Below are positions 28,246 through 39,635 of a stretch of DNA of 64,000 nt, piece by piece. The stretch covers positions 64,487 through 128,486 of the forward strand of contig JAPLME010000007.1 of NCBI GenBank assembly GCA_026387175.1, written 5' to 3'. Numbering within the stretch: the first letter of the stretch is position 1; every line of letters starts with the position of its first letter. The translations under genes and the position numbers were made by a program. Source of the stretch: Candidatus Omnitrophota bacterium. Its GTDB lineage: Bacteria; Omnitrophota; Gorgyraeia; 2-01-FULL-45-10. Under the pieces are notes generated by a model. It was given only the letters and a program-made list of their open reading frames with translations, was not told where the DNA came from and ran no database searches.

Positions 28246-30018
28246 TCAGCTATAGAATTCCTTAATAATGTTCATCTTGCCGAGTGACTTGAGTGCCTCG
28301 ATAACATATCTTTTATTGCCGGGATTCTTGAATTGTATGAGCGCGCGCTGGAGCTTCTTCTCGCGAAGGTTTTTCGCCACATATACGTCCTGCCGGGTAA
28401 ATGGGTCTTTTCCGGTGTAGAACATTGCTCCTGATGCGGTCATCGGAAGCGGAATAAAATCCTGGATCTGTTCCGGATAGACATGCATCTTTTTTAATTC
28501 AAGCGAAAGATTCAGGGAATCTTCCAGTCTGGCTCCGGGATGCCCTACTATGATATAATTCACGAGAAATTGTTTCTTATTAAGTTTTTTGTTAACAGCA
28601 TCGAAGCGCTGGACGAAATGTTCATATACGCTAAAGCGCGGCTTTCGCATAAGGTCGAGCACATGCGCCTGGCCGTGCTCGGGCGCGACTTTCAACTGCC
28701 CGCTGACATGGTGAGCGCACAGCTCTCTCAGGTATTCGTCGGATTCGTTATCGTTCAGCAGATCATATCGGACGCCGCTCCCGACAAATATATGTTTGAC
28801 GCGCTCGATCGAGCCTGCGTGTTTCCAGAGTTCTATCATCTTAGAATAGCCGAGTTTAAGGTTCTTGCATTTTGCCGGGAAAAGGCATCTGCGGTCCTTG
28901 CAGGCGCCTTTATTTTTCCATAGATCGCAATGCGCCTCATAAAGATTTGCGGTCGCTCCTCCTATGTCGGTGATAGTGCCGTTAAAATCGGGCTGAGATG
29001 CCAGGGTTTTTATTTCTTTTAGTATGGATTCAGCGCTTCGGCTCTGGATGATCCTGCCCTGATGGGCGTAGAGAGAACAGAAGCTGCACTCTCCGGGGCA
29101 CCCCCTGTGCGATATGATCGAATATTTTACCGTTTCGAAACCCGGCACTCCGCCAGCCTTCTTATAACTGGGATGCGGCGATCTTGCGAACGGCAGTTTG
29201 TATATTCTGTCCATCTCTTTTGTGGATAACGGTTTCGCGCATGGGAGCTGGATCACGAAGCGAGCGGCATGGCGCTGTATTATCGTGCGGCCCCGCAGAG
29301 GATCCTGCTCCATATATGCGAGCCGGAAGGCTTCATTGAATTTATCTTTACTGTAGCTTGCCTCTTCAAATGAAGGTATCGATACGGCATCGTTAAAATT
29401 ATCTATCGAATTCCTGACGATGACCGTTCCGCGTATGTCGTTCAGATCTTTTATCCTTTCACCATCCCGCAGGCGTCTCGCTATTTCGGCTATCTGTACT
29501 TCGCCCATCCCGTATACAAGGATATCTGCCTTGGAATCAAGCAGTATCGACCTGCGGAGGGTATCCGACCAGTAGTCATAGTGAGCGAGCCTGCGCATGC
29601 TTGCCTCGATACCGCCGATGACGATCGGTATATTACCAAAAGCCTGGCGTATCTTGTTCGTGTATATAAGCGTTGCGCGGTCAGGACGCAGATCTGTCTT
29701 ACCTCCGGGCGAATACTCATCCTCGCTTCTAAATTTCTTGTTAGCGGTATAATTGGCGATCATCGAGTCCAGGTTGCCCGCAGTGACGCCAAAAAATAAT
29801 CGCGGCCGGCCCATCCTCTTTAGGGAGTCTGGGTTCTTCAGGTCGGGCTGGGCTATTATACCGACCTTATATCCTTCAGATTCAAGGACCCTTCCGATGA
29901 CGGCCCCTCCATAAGACGGGTGATCGACGTAGGCATCACCGGTCACTATTATTATGTCGAGATAGCTCCACCCTAGCGCGGACATCTCCTCTTTCGTCAT
30001 CGGTAAAAAATCACTCAT
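28246..30018 (-). CDS. YgiQ-family (UPF0313) radical SAM protein
   Basis: A YgiQ-type N-terminal domain (IIIVTGDAYVDHPSYGGAVIGRVLE..GYKVGIIAQPD) and a radical SAM Cys motif (HRGCPGECSFCS). Confidence 0.7.
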   Translation of the reverse strand: MSDFLPMTKEEMSALGWSYLDIIIVTGDAYVDHPSYGGAVIGRVLESEGYKVGIIAQPDLKNPDSLKRMGRPRLFFGVTAGNLDSMIANYTANKKFRSEDEYSPGGKTDLRPDRATLIYTNKIRQAFGNIPIVIGGIEASMRRLAHYDYWSDTLRRSILLDSKADILVYGMGEVQIAEIARRLRDGERIKDLNDIRGTVIVRNSIDNFNDAVSIPSFEEASYSKDKFNEAFRLAYMEQDPLRGRTIIQRHAARFVIQLPCAKPLSTKEMDRIYKLPFARSPHPSYKKAGGVPGFETVKYSIISHRGCPGECSFCSLYAHQGRIIQSRSAESILKEIKTLASQPDFNGTITDIGGATANLYEAHCDLWKNKGACKDRRCLFPAKCKNLKLGYSKMIELWKHAGSIERVKHIFVGSGVRYDLLNDNESDEYLRELCAHHVSGQLKVAPEHGQAHVLDLMRKPRFSVYEHFVQRFDAVNKKLNKKQFLVNYIIVGHPGARLEDSLNLSLELKKMHVYPEQIQDFIPLPMTASGAMFYTGKDPFTRQDVYVAKNLREKKLQRALIQFKNPGNKRYVIEALKSLGKMNIIKEFYS

Positions 30019-30661
30019 ATGTAATAGCCATTATTTTTTTATAGACTTCATTAAAGTCTTTGGTCTTACAGGTATAATCAGCTATTCTTTTCAGCTTAGC
30101 GCTTGAGCAGTTGAAGGCGATAAAGAAACCGGAATTTCTGGCAAGCGGTATATCGCCTTCGGTATCACCCACGCTTATTACCTCGTGCGGTTTCACCTTG
30201 AACTTTTTGTAAATTTCCGCCAGCGCCGTATGTTTCGCGCCGTGTTCGAGGTTTATCTTCACGCCGCCGGTCAGTAAACCGTTCCGTGAGGAGAGTAGGT
30301 TTGATATGGCATAATCGAATTTCAGCTCAGATCTTACCCGTTCCGTCATGAATTGCAGGCCGGTGGATACAGCGGCTAACTTGAATCCCTGTCTTTTTAA
30401 TTTAGTTATCGAGCGCGCAGCGTTCTTCGAGTAACGCACGCTTCTGAATATCGAGCGTATCTTTCTGATACGCATTCCCTTCCAATGGGCGGCGTCAAGT
30501 TCGCAGAATTTTCTGTAGGATATCTTACCGGCGAAGAAGTCTTCCTGATAACGGAACGCGCGATTTGACCAGAGGCGGAGTTTCTCATGGATATAGCGCC
30601 ACGAGCTGATGTGACGGGTTATGGTGCCGTCGATATCGAATATTATCAGCTTATACTTCAT
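30011..30661 (-). CDS. HAD-superfamily hydrolase, subfamily IB (phosphoserine-phosphatase-like)
   Basis: Motif I LIIFDIDGTIT and motif IV VISVGDTEGDIP. Confidence 0.7.
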   Translation of the reverse strand: MKYKLIIFDIDGTITRHISSWRYIHEKLRLWSNRAFRYQEDFFAGKISYRKFCELDAAHWKGMRIRKIRSIFRSVRYSKNAARSITKLKRQGFKLAAVSTGLQFMTERVRSELKFDYAISNLLSSRNGLLTGGVKINLEHGAKHTALAEIYKKFKVKPHEVISVGDTEGDIPLARNSGFFIAFNCSSAKLKRIADYTCKTKDFNEVYKKIMAITYE

Positions 30662-31099
30662 CTATAATATTTTTAGCAGGGAGAGCCCGGTCCCGGGGTC
30701 GATCTCTTTAGTCGCCCTTACCCCTTTTAGTTCAAATACCACCGCCTCTATAACCAGGAATACTTTGGATTTTTTGCGGACACATCCGGTGAGGGTCTTG
30801 AGCTTTTTGCCCATCGAGGCATGCAGATGTATTTGCGGGCCCTTTGAGTTAGTATATATGGTGCCGATACCCATAACCTCCCAGGCATCTTTAAATCCGA
30901 CCCAGTTAGGCTCAGGTGGTATAACGGGTTTTTTGGGCCCGGTCACGAGATCGCCTTTTTTCAGGGCGCCTATAAATACGAGCGTAGCGGCCCTTATCTT
31001 CTCTTTTCTGGCGAGCTTATCAAGCTCGTCTAACAGCACATCGTCGTCGTTGAATTTTATCAAAAATATTCTGCCTATGGAGCCTTTAGTATATTTCAT
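30662..31099 (-). CDS. PPC/DUF296 domain protein (predicted PD1-like DNA-binding fold)
   Basis: A 145-aa protein with the DUF296-like pattern (GRIFLIKFNDDDVLLDELDKLARKEKIRAATLVFIGAL). It overlaps the atpC stop by 4 nt. Confidence 0.5.
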   Translation of the reverse strand: MKYTKGSIGRIFLIKFNDDDVLLDELDKLARKEKIRAATLVFIGALKKGDLVTGPKKPVIPPEPNWVGFKDAWEVMGIGTIYTNSKGPQIHLHASMGKKLKTLTGCVRKKSKVFLVIEAVVFELKGVRATKEIDPGTGLSLLKIL

Positions 31100-31362
31100 G
31101 TCCTGTGCTCCTGGTCTAACAATATAGTAGCTCTATTCTTTATGATCTCGAGAAATCCGTTGGTCTTCGAGTCTAAAGCCGTTGTCTTTCCGGAGGCGTC
31201 TTTCAGAGTTATCTTTCCGGGGAGGAGAGTTGTCATCAGGGGGGCATGGTCGGCCAGTATTCCCAGATAGCCGATCTCTCCCGGAGCGACCAGCGACTGC
31301 AGGTCGCCCTCGAATATCTTTTTATCGCTCGATAGGATAGTCAGGTGAAATAACTTTGGCAC
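31096..31362 (-). CDS. atpC: F1 ATP synthase epsilon subunit, short form with the beta-sandwich domain only
   Basis: LTILSSDKKIFEGDLQSLVAPGEIGYLGILADHAPLMTTLLPGKITL is the epsilon N-terminal domain. At only 88 aa it lacks the C-terminal helical hairpin. Confidence 0.75.
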   Translation of the reverse strand: MPKLFHLTILSSDKKIFEGDLQSLVAPGEIGYLGILADHAPLMTTLLPGKITLKDASGKTTALDSKTNGFLEIIKNRATILLDQEHRT

Positions 31363-31367
31363 GATGA

Positions 31368-33633
<2,266 letters not shown>

Positions 33634-33637
<4 letters not shown>

Positions 33638-35151
33638 TTAATGGTATTCCTGAATCCGGTTTTGAATGATTCTATGGCTTTATTAAGTTTTTCCTTCAGC
33701 GGATCATCAAGAACCCTCTTCGCTTCGATCTCGCGCTCTATATCCGGATGAGTCGAATCGATATATTTATAGAATTCAATCTCAAATTTTCGGATCACAG
33801 ATATCTTCAAATCGTCCAGAAATCCATTTGTCGCGGCATAAATAATCATTACCTGTTTCCCCAGCCCGAGCGTATCGTATTGCCCCTGTTTCAATATCTC
33901 GACCATTCGCTCTCCGCGATGCAGCTGTGCCTGCGTGGTCTTATCGAGCTCCGACCCAAACTGGGAGAAAGCGATAAGCTCCCTGTACTGCGCCAGGTCC
34001 AGCCTCAACCTTCCGGCTACCTGCTTCATGGCCTTCTCCTGGGCGTTACCGCCTACCCGCGAGACCGATAAGCCCACATTGATCGCAGGGCGTACGCCTG
34101 CATAGAACAGGTCGGTTTCGAGATATATCTGGCCGTCGGTGATAGATATGACGTTCGTCGGTATGTAACTCGTTATGTCTCCCGCTTGCGTCTCTATTAT
34201 CGGAAGCGCGGTGATGGACCCTCCCCCGAGCTTGTCGCTCAGCTTTGCCGCGCGCTCCAGTAGCCTCGAATGCAGATAGAAGATATCTCCCGGGTATGCT
34301 TCCCTGCCCGGAGGCCTTCTCAATAGGAGCGAAAGCTGTCTGTAGGCCTGCGCGTGTTTTGAGAGATCGTCATATATGACCAGTACGTCTTTCCCTAAAT
34401 GCATGAACTCTTCCGCCATGGCGCAGGCTGAATAAGGGGCCAGATACTGCAGTGAGGCCGATGCGCGCGATGAAGCGCTTACGATAATCGTATGCTCCAT
34501 TGCGCCATACTGCTTAAGCGTCTCCGAGACGGATACTATGCTCGACATCTTCTGCCCGATAGCTACATAGATGCAGTAAACGCCTTTACCCTTCTGGTTG
34601 ATTATCGTATCGATCGCGATAGCTGTCTTGCCTGTCTGGCGGTCCGCGATTATGAGTTCACGTTGTCCGCGGCCTATGGGGATCATTGAATCGATAGCTT
34701 TTATGCCTGTATAGAGCGGCTGGGTGACAGGCTGCCGGTCTATGACGCCCGGCGACCTTGCCTCGACGGGCCGGTGTCTATTCGTGGCGATGGGTCCTTT
34801 GCCGTCTCTCGGATGTCCGAGTGCGCTAACGACCCTTCCTAAAAGGGCTTCTCCTACCGGCACCTGAGCGATCTTCCCCGTCCGCTTTACGATCTCGCCT
34901 TCCCGTATCTCTTTTTCATCTCCCAGTATGACTATGCCTACGCTATCCTCCTCCAGATTGAAGACTATCCCTTCGGTGCCGTCTTTAAACGTGACAAGCT
35001 CGCCCACCATGACATCATCTAACCCGTACACGAGGGCTATCCCGTCACCGACCTGCAGGACCGTTCCGACCGATTCGACCCTGAGCCTGGTTCGGTATTT
35101 CTCTAATTCTTTCTTAATTATGGCTGTTACTTCATGCGGCTGCAGATGCAT
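33634..35151 (-). CDS. atpA: F1 ATP synthase alpha subunit
   Basis: Walker [10 protein letters not shown] and the typical alpha C-terminus. Confidence 0.95.
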
Positions 35152-35152
35152 A

Positions 35153-35701
35153 TCATACCACCTTCAGTACGTCGAGCTTTTTTTTCATATCTTCCAGGCG
35201 TTTTTTGACGGACCCGTCTATTATTAAATTTCCTATTTGCGCATACGCGCCGCCGACCAGGTCTGCGTCAAGCTGAATATATAGATGGATCTTCCTGCTT
35301 ATGCGCTGCTCAAGAGCGTTTTTTATCCTATGGAGCGTATTCGTCTCAAGCGGATAGCTTGTCTTAAGGAGCGTGTCGGCTTCAGCGCCGTGAGCGTAAT
35401 GTATGCGCGTATATTCCGCTATGTCGACGAATAGATCGATGCGTTTGGCTTCGATAAGCAGTTTGAGAAAGTGTATCAGCTCATCATTAAATTCATTTTT
35501 AAATACAGCGTTGACGACTTCATCCTTTTCGGAGTTTGTTATCGCGGGACTCTCGAGAAACTCTTTAAGGTTCGGGTTGTCGCGCATAATGCGCTTTGCC
35601 CTATGCAGCTCATCCAGGCCCTGCACGAAACCGATCGTCTCTTTAGCGTATGCTAAAAATGCGTTTGCGTACCTCTTTGACACTATCTCTTCCCTGATCA
35701 C
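35153..35701 (-). CDS. atpH: F1 ATP synthase delta (OSCP) subunit
   Basis: A 182-aa protein in the canonical position between b and alpha. It has OSCP-like N-terminal helices. Confidence 0.75.
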   Translation of the reverse strand: MIREEIVSKRYANAFLAYAKETIGFVQGLDELHRAKRIMRDNPNLKEFLESPAITNSEKDEVVNAVFKNEFNDELIHFLKLLIEAKRIDLFVDIAEYTRIHYAHGAEADTLLKTSYPLETNTLHRIKNALEQRISRKIHLYIQLDADLVGGAYAQIGNLIIDGSVKKRLEDMKKKLDVLKVV

Positions 35702-36192
35702 TTTTTCTCGATCCCCTTAAGAAAATCTTCGACCAGCCGCCTGTCGCTTTCCTCGGAAAGCTTCTCCTGAATGACCTTCTCGGCCACCCGTATGGTCAGG
35801 TCCACGATGTCATCCTTAAGCTCTTCTCTGGCTTTCGCGACTTCGTCCTTGATATTAGATTTTGCCTTATCAATGATCTTTTCCGAGTCCAGCTCAGCCT
35901 TGGCTTTCAATTCTTCGGCAAGTACGCGGCCCTGGTCCACCGCCTCCCGTATCTTCGCCTTAGCTTCATCGTCTATATCGGCAAGCTTCTTTTCGTACTC
36001 TCCTTTAATCCGCGAAAGAGTCTCTTTGGCCTCTTCGATCCTCTTAAACTCGGACGAGACAGTCTCCCGCCTCTTGTCGATAATGCCGAGGAACTTCTTC
36101 CACAGAAAGCTCCGCATTATTACAAGCAGTATCAGAAAGCATATTATCTGGGCGACCAGCTCATTTGTGTTGAGAAGTTTCAGCAGGCCCAT
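35698..36192 (-). CDS. atpF: Fo ATP synthase b subunit
   Basis: A single N-terminal TM helix followed by a long charged coiled coil (KAKIREAVDQGRVLAEELKAKAE...). Confidence 0.8.
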   Translation of the reverse strand: MGLLKLLNTNELVAQIICFLILLVIMRSFLWKKFLGIIDKRRETVSSEFKRIEEAKETLSRIKGEYEKKLADIDDEAKAKIREAVDQGRVLAEELKAKAELDSEKIIDKAKSNIKDEVAKAREELKDDIVDLTIRVAEKVIQEKLSEESDRRLVEDFLKGIEKK

Positions 36193-36203
36193 TCAGTATT
36201 TCC

Positions 36204-36434
36204 TTAAATTTTCCCTGCCAGGCTAAAAGCGAAGACAAGCGCATAGATCGTTATGGCCTCAATGAACGCGCAGCCGGTAGCCATATTTATCAATATCTTC
36301 ATCGACGCTTCCGGTTGCCTGCCCGTCGCCTCCATCGCTGCCGCTACCGCCCTGCCCAGCGCTATAGCCGAGCCGAAAGCGGCTATCCCCAGACCTATGG
36401 GAAGGCCGAACGATAACATCGTCTTATAATCCAT
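36204..36434 (-). CDS. atpE: Fo ATP synthase c subunit (proteolipid)
   Basis: A 76-aa helical hairpin with the RQP loop motif and a conserved carboxylate in helix 2 (AFIEAITIY). GGAGG RBS 6-10 nt upstream. Confidence 0.9.
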   Translation of the reverse strand: MDYKTMLSFGLPIGLGIAAFGSAIALGRAVAAAMEATGRQPEASMKILINMATGCAFIEAITIYALVFAFSLAGKI

Positions 36435-36447
36435 CTCCTACCTCCTT

Positions 36448-36549
36448 GTTTATTCAGCCGTACTGTATGCCAAGTGCCGATATCCCTGATATCGGCCTAG
36501 TTTATTCAGCCTTATTGTAGGCTAAGTGCCGATATCTCTGATATCGGCC
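36448..36549. repeat. Tandem pair of a ~50-bp double-hairpin repeat unit (GATATC-palindrome element) between atpB and atpE
   Basis: Unit A spans 36448-36497 and unit B spans 36498-36549. Each unit contains a 5-bp-stem hairpin AGCCt-N6-AGGCT and a perfect palindrome GCCGATATC-N3-GATATCGGC. The same family recurs at 56023-56126. Confidence 0.85.
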
Positions 36550-37295
36550 TTTTCTTCGCGGGTTAATGCTAACGCAAAATATATTGTCGTCAAAAGACAG
36601 AATACCGAGGCCTGCACGACCGCGGCAAGGGCGGCAATGAACATATTGAATAATAAGAGCGGTACCCCTTTAAGGCCGAAGCCCGCGAGCACCGCGAGCA
36701 GCATGTCATCGCCCCATATATTGGACCGGAGCCTGAGCGATAGGCTTATGGGCCTTACAAGTTCTGAGATGATATGCAGAAATAGCATCAGTAATGGTAT
36801 GACCACCGATGCCGCCAGTATTCCCCTGGGTTTCCCCATAAGATGGTCGACGAATCCCAATAACCCGAGCTCCTTCAATGTGGTGTACTGCAGATAGACG
36901 AATACGCATAACGCGAGCGCAAGAGTTACGGACCAGTTCGATGTGGGCGCTTTCATGAAAGGCACGAGGCTTATGAGGTTCATGGATAGTATGTATATGA
37001 AGAGAGTCCCTATGAAAGGCGTAAAACGCCTTCCCTTGGGCCCGAGTATGCCGCATATGAATGAGTCAAATCCTCCTACGAACATTTCGAACGCCGACTG
37101 CAGCCTTCCGGGGATCATCCTGAGGCGCCGGGACGCGACTATAGTAATCAGCGAAATGGCGGCTATAACTATCAAAGAGAAGATGACATTCTCGTAATGG
37201 GACAGGTTTCTCAGTACCGGGATATCTTTAAAATGCTCCGAGATAATAGTTACGATATTCGGAAGCTCGTGGCTTGCTACGCTCGCTTCGGCCAT
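36522..37295 (-). CDS. atpB: Fo ATP synthase a subunit
   Basis: Multi-TM protein with the conserved Arg in LSLRLRSNIWGDD (the a-subunit R210 region). The last 8 codons and the stop (ADIRDIGT*) are encoded by repeat unit B. Confidence 0.85.
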   Translation of the reverse strand: MAEASVASHELPNIVTIISEHFKDIPVLRNLSHYENVIFSLIVIAAISLITIVASRRLRMIPGRLQSAFEMFVGGFDSFICGILGPKGRRFTPFIGTLFIYILSMNLISLVPFMKAPTSNWSVTLALALCVFVYLQYTTLKELGLLGFVDHLMGKPRGILAASVVIPLLMLFLHIISELVRPISLSLRLRSNIWGDDMLLAVLAGFGLKGVPLLLFNMFIAALAAVVQASVFCLLTTIYFALALTREEKADIRDIGT

Positions 37296-37624
37296 ATATT
37301 CATAATTCCTATAATTAATAGCGTAAGCCCTATCCCGGTTAAAAGGCTCATTACCGGAAAGAGTTTATATTTTAAGATGAAGAATCCCCCAATATACAAT
37401 ACCGGGAACTTTATTATAAGCGCCCTGGTTATTCTTTTTGGTTCTTTCTGCAGAAGCGCCATCTCAAAGAGGCTCACTGTTAGCGAGTAGTTTATAACGC
37501 ACCATAGTATGCCCGCCATTAAGCCTGCCGCCCAATCGATTTCGTTCCGGAAAAGCAGCATGGCCCCTGCGGCGGCGCCCGTCAGGTATGCGGTCTTCCT
37601 GACGCTTCTTACGATATCATTCAT
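37277..37624 (-). CDS. atpI: ATP synthase protein I (AtpI)-like small membrane protein
   Basis: Hydrophobic ~115-aa protein immediately upstream of atpB. The start is taken at the internal Met (MNDIVRSV...), because the longer ORF overlaps atpZ. Confidence 0.55.
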   Translation of the reverse strand: MNDIVRSVRKTAYLTGAAAGAMLLFRNEIDWAAGLMAGILWCVINYSLTVSLFEMALLQKEPKRITRALIIKFPVLYIGGFFILKYKLFPVMSLLTGIGLTLLIIGIMNIWPKRA

Positions 37625-37854
37625 TACCGCTCCTTGGTCCTGAGGGCGATCTTTATTATTCTGATGGTCTCCTGGACGCTTGCTATGAAACCCAGTATAA
37701 CACAAATAACTGCTGTGTAGCCAGGCAAAGTAAATTTTTTTATCAATAGATCAGCTATAAGATATCCGCCAAGCGGCCCGCCTGCCAGAATTATGGGAAT
37801 GACCGCCAAGAGCCCTGCTGTCCTCACCCATCTATACAGCTCTTCGCTCTTCAT
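37624..37854 (-). CDS. atpZ: AtpZ/ATPase_gene1-family small 2-TM protein
   Basis: A ~76-aa protein (MKSEELYRWVRTAGLLAVIPIILAGGPLGGYLIADLL...) in the atpZ position upstream of atpI. The start is taken at the internal Met of the longer ORF. Confidence 0.5.
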   Translation of the reverse strand: MKSEELYRWVRTAGLLAVIPIILAGGPLGGYLIADLLIKKFTLPGYTAVICVILGFIASVQETIRIIKIALRTKER

Positions 37855-38351
37855 TAGGCAATAGTCTCTGCCAATATGACGGCAACTTTCTCCGCCGCCG
37901 TCTCTACGCTTTTGGATACGGCCTTGCCGAAATCGATCCTTTTTGGCTGAATGCCTATTACGGTAGCCTGACATCCGCATGAATTCACAAGGTAATCTAT
38001 CAGTATCTTCGCGGGCATCTTGTGGGTCGAAAAAGATGCGCCGCCTCCTACGTCTTCGGGTTTGAAGAGATAGATCGATCCGGCTCTCTTTCCGGCATCT
38101 ATAGTATCGATCATTATAAGGTGCGAGGGCTTAAATTTTTTGATCTCACCGGTGAGGTTTTCAGGCGCTGTTTCTCCGAAGAATATTTTTACGGGGACGC
38201 GGGCTTTTCGTTTGGATAATTTATCTTTCAGGCTGCGGGCGGCGAGCATACCGGAAACGTCGTCGGCCCTGAGATCAGAACCTATGCCGAGGACGGCAAT
38301 TTTTTCGGCGTTATGAAATCTATTTTTTAACGTCTTCCTTAATGTCCGCAC
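37854..38351 (-). CDS. [NiFe]-hydrogenase maturation endopeptidase (HycI/HybD family)
   Basis: IAVLGIGSDLRADDVSGM (the GxGN..DDG-type metal site), with downstream Asp (IMIDTIDAG) and His (STHKMP) ligands. Confidence 0.7.
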   Translation of the reverse strand: MRTLRKTLKNRFHNAEKIAVLGIGSDLRADDVSGMLAARSLKDKLSKRKARVPVKIFFGETAPENLTGEIKKFKPSHLIMIDTIDAGKRAGSIYLFKPEDVGGGASFSTHKMPAKILIDYLVNSCGCQATVIGIQPKRIDFGKAVSKSVETAAEKVAVILAETIA

Positions 38352-38697
38352 CGAATATCACTTTCAGTTTTTTCTTATCGAGAACGGCGAGCTCGAACTC
38401 TTTAGTGGATTCCAGCGCTTTTTTCATGCAGGAGTCTACGCACTGAGCGCAATATATGCATTTTGCGAGATTGAACTCCGCTTCAAATTTCTTATCCCCG
38501 ACTTTATTGATGGTTATGGCATTTGACGGGCAATCCCTGACGCACATCTTGCAGCCTATGCATAATTCCGGGTGGAAGATTATCTTTCCCCTGTAGCGAT
38601 CCGGCATTGCGCTCTTCTTGAAAGGGTATTGCGACGTCGCCGGTTTCTTGAAAAGGGACTCAAGCACCTGTTTTACCATCTTTCCGGGCCTGATCAT
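38320..38697 (-). CDS. 2x[4Fe-4S] ferredoxin subunit of the group-4 hydrogenase (NuoI/MbhN/EchF-like)
   Basis: Two CxxCxxCxxxCP motifs (CIGCKMCVRDCP and CIYCAQCVDSC). The start is taken at the Met that gives an ATGA overlap with the upstream gene. Confidence 0.8.
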   Translation of the reverse strand: MIRPGKMVKQVLESLFKKPATSQYPFKKSAMPDRYRGKIIFHPELCIGCKMCVRDCPSNAITINKVGDKKFEAEFNLAKCIYCAQCVDSCMKKALESTKEFELAVLDKKKLKVIFGADIKEDVKK

Positions 38698-39635
38698 TTC
38701 GTGAGCACCCCTTTCATGATGAGGCATATGAGCATCTGGAGGAATGCGAACGGCGATACGTATTTCCAGCAGAATTCCACCATCTGGTCCATTCTGAAGC
38801 GCGCGAAGACTGTGCGCGCGAGCGACATGATCGCTATTATAAATAATAGTTTGGCTATATATACGGGAAACCCGAGTACTGCCGGAAGCCCGAATCCGAA
38901 CGGCAGATAGACGGCCGCGACAAGCGACGCGCCTACGATCGTCTCCACATTGATGGAAAGCCTGAAGAGCGCCAATAGCCTGCCGCTGTATTCGGTGAAG
39001 GTACCTCCGACGATCTCCGTCTCGGCTTCGGGCGTGTCGAACGGCACCTTTTCCAGTTTTCCCAATAACGCGATTATCGATATGACAAACCCTATCAGGT
39101 TAAAGAGCCAGTACCAGTGGTGACTGCTGTAGAAGAGCGCCATTTCGCTGAGTGACCAGGTATTGGCAAGCATGGCCGGCGCCAGTATGCACATTAATAA
39201 CGGTACTTCATACGCGAAAAGCTGCGTGAGCGACCTGATGGCGCCGATCTTAGAATATAATGAGGTTGAATACCATCCGCCCAGAAAGTATGTAAGGGTC
39301 GGTATCGTCAGCAGATATATTGTCACTATCAGGTCCCCGTTAAACGAGTAAAGCGCCTGCGTATGCCAGAGAGGTATATAGAACGAAGCTGTGATAGTGG
39401 CTGTTAACGCGAATATAGGCATCGCTTTAAACATCCTGGGGTTAGCTTCCGCCGGTATTATAGATTCTTTCGAGACGAGCTTTATAAAGTCGGCCCATGG
39501 CTGGAACCATGGCGGCCCGACTCTGTTTTGCAGTCTGGCATATAATTTGCGGTCGATAAATTCCGCGGCCAGCCCGGCTGTGCCGAGAAACAAAAAGCCG
39601 GGAAATATGACAATATTGAACAGGTCTAATAACAT
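38694..39635 (-). CDS. NuoH/MbhM/EchB-like integral membrane subunit
   Basis: A 313-aa polytopic protein with the complex I subunit-1 family pattern (RKLYARLQNRVGPPWFQPWADFIKLVSKE). Confidence 0.8.
   Translation of the reverse strand: MLLDLFNIVIFPGFLFLGTAGLAAEFIDRKLYARLQNRVGPPWFQPWADFIKLVSKESIIPAEANPRMFKAMPIFALTATITASFYIPLWHTQALYSFNGDLIVTIYLLTIPTLTYFLGGWYSTSLYSKIGAIRSLTQLFAYEVPLLMCILAPAMLANTWSLSEMALFYSSHHWYWLFNLIGFVISIIALLGKLEKVPFDTPEAETEIVGGTFTEYSGRLLALFRLSINVETIVGASLVAAVYLPFGFGLPAVLGFPVYIAKLLFIIAIMSLARTVFARFRMDQMVEFCWKYVSPFAFLQMLICLIMKGVLTK

Noticed and set aside
36448-36549. Possible CRISPR array (direct repeats of ~50 bp)
   Set aside because: Only two adjacent units per locus, with no spacers between them. 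The units are internally palindromic and slightly divergent, and no cas genes are present. The same applies to 56023-56126.
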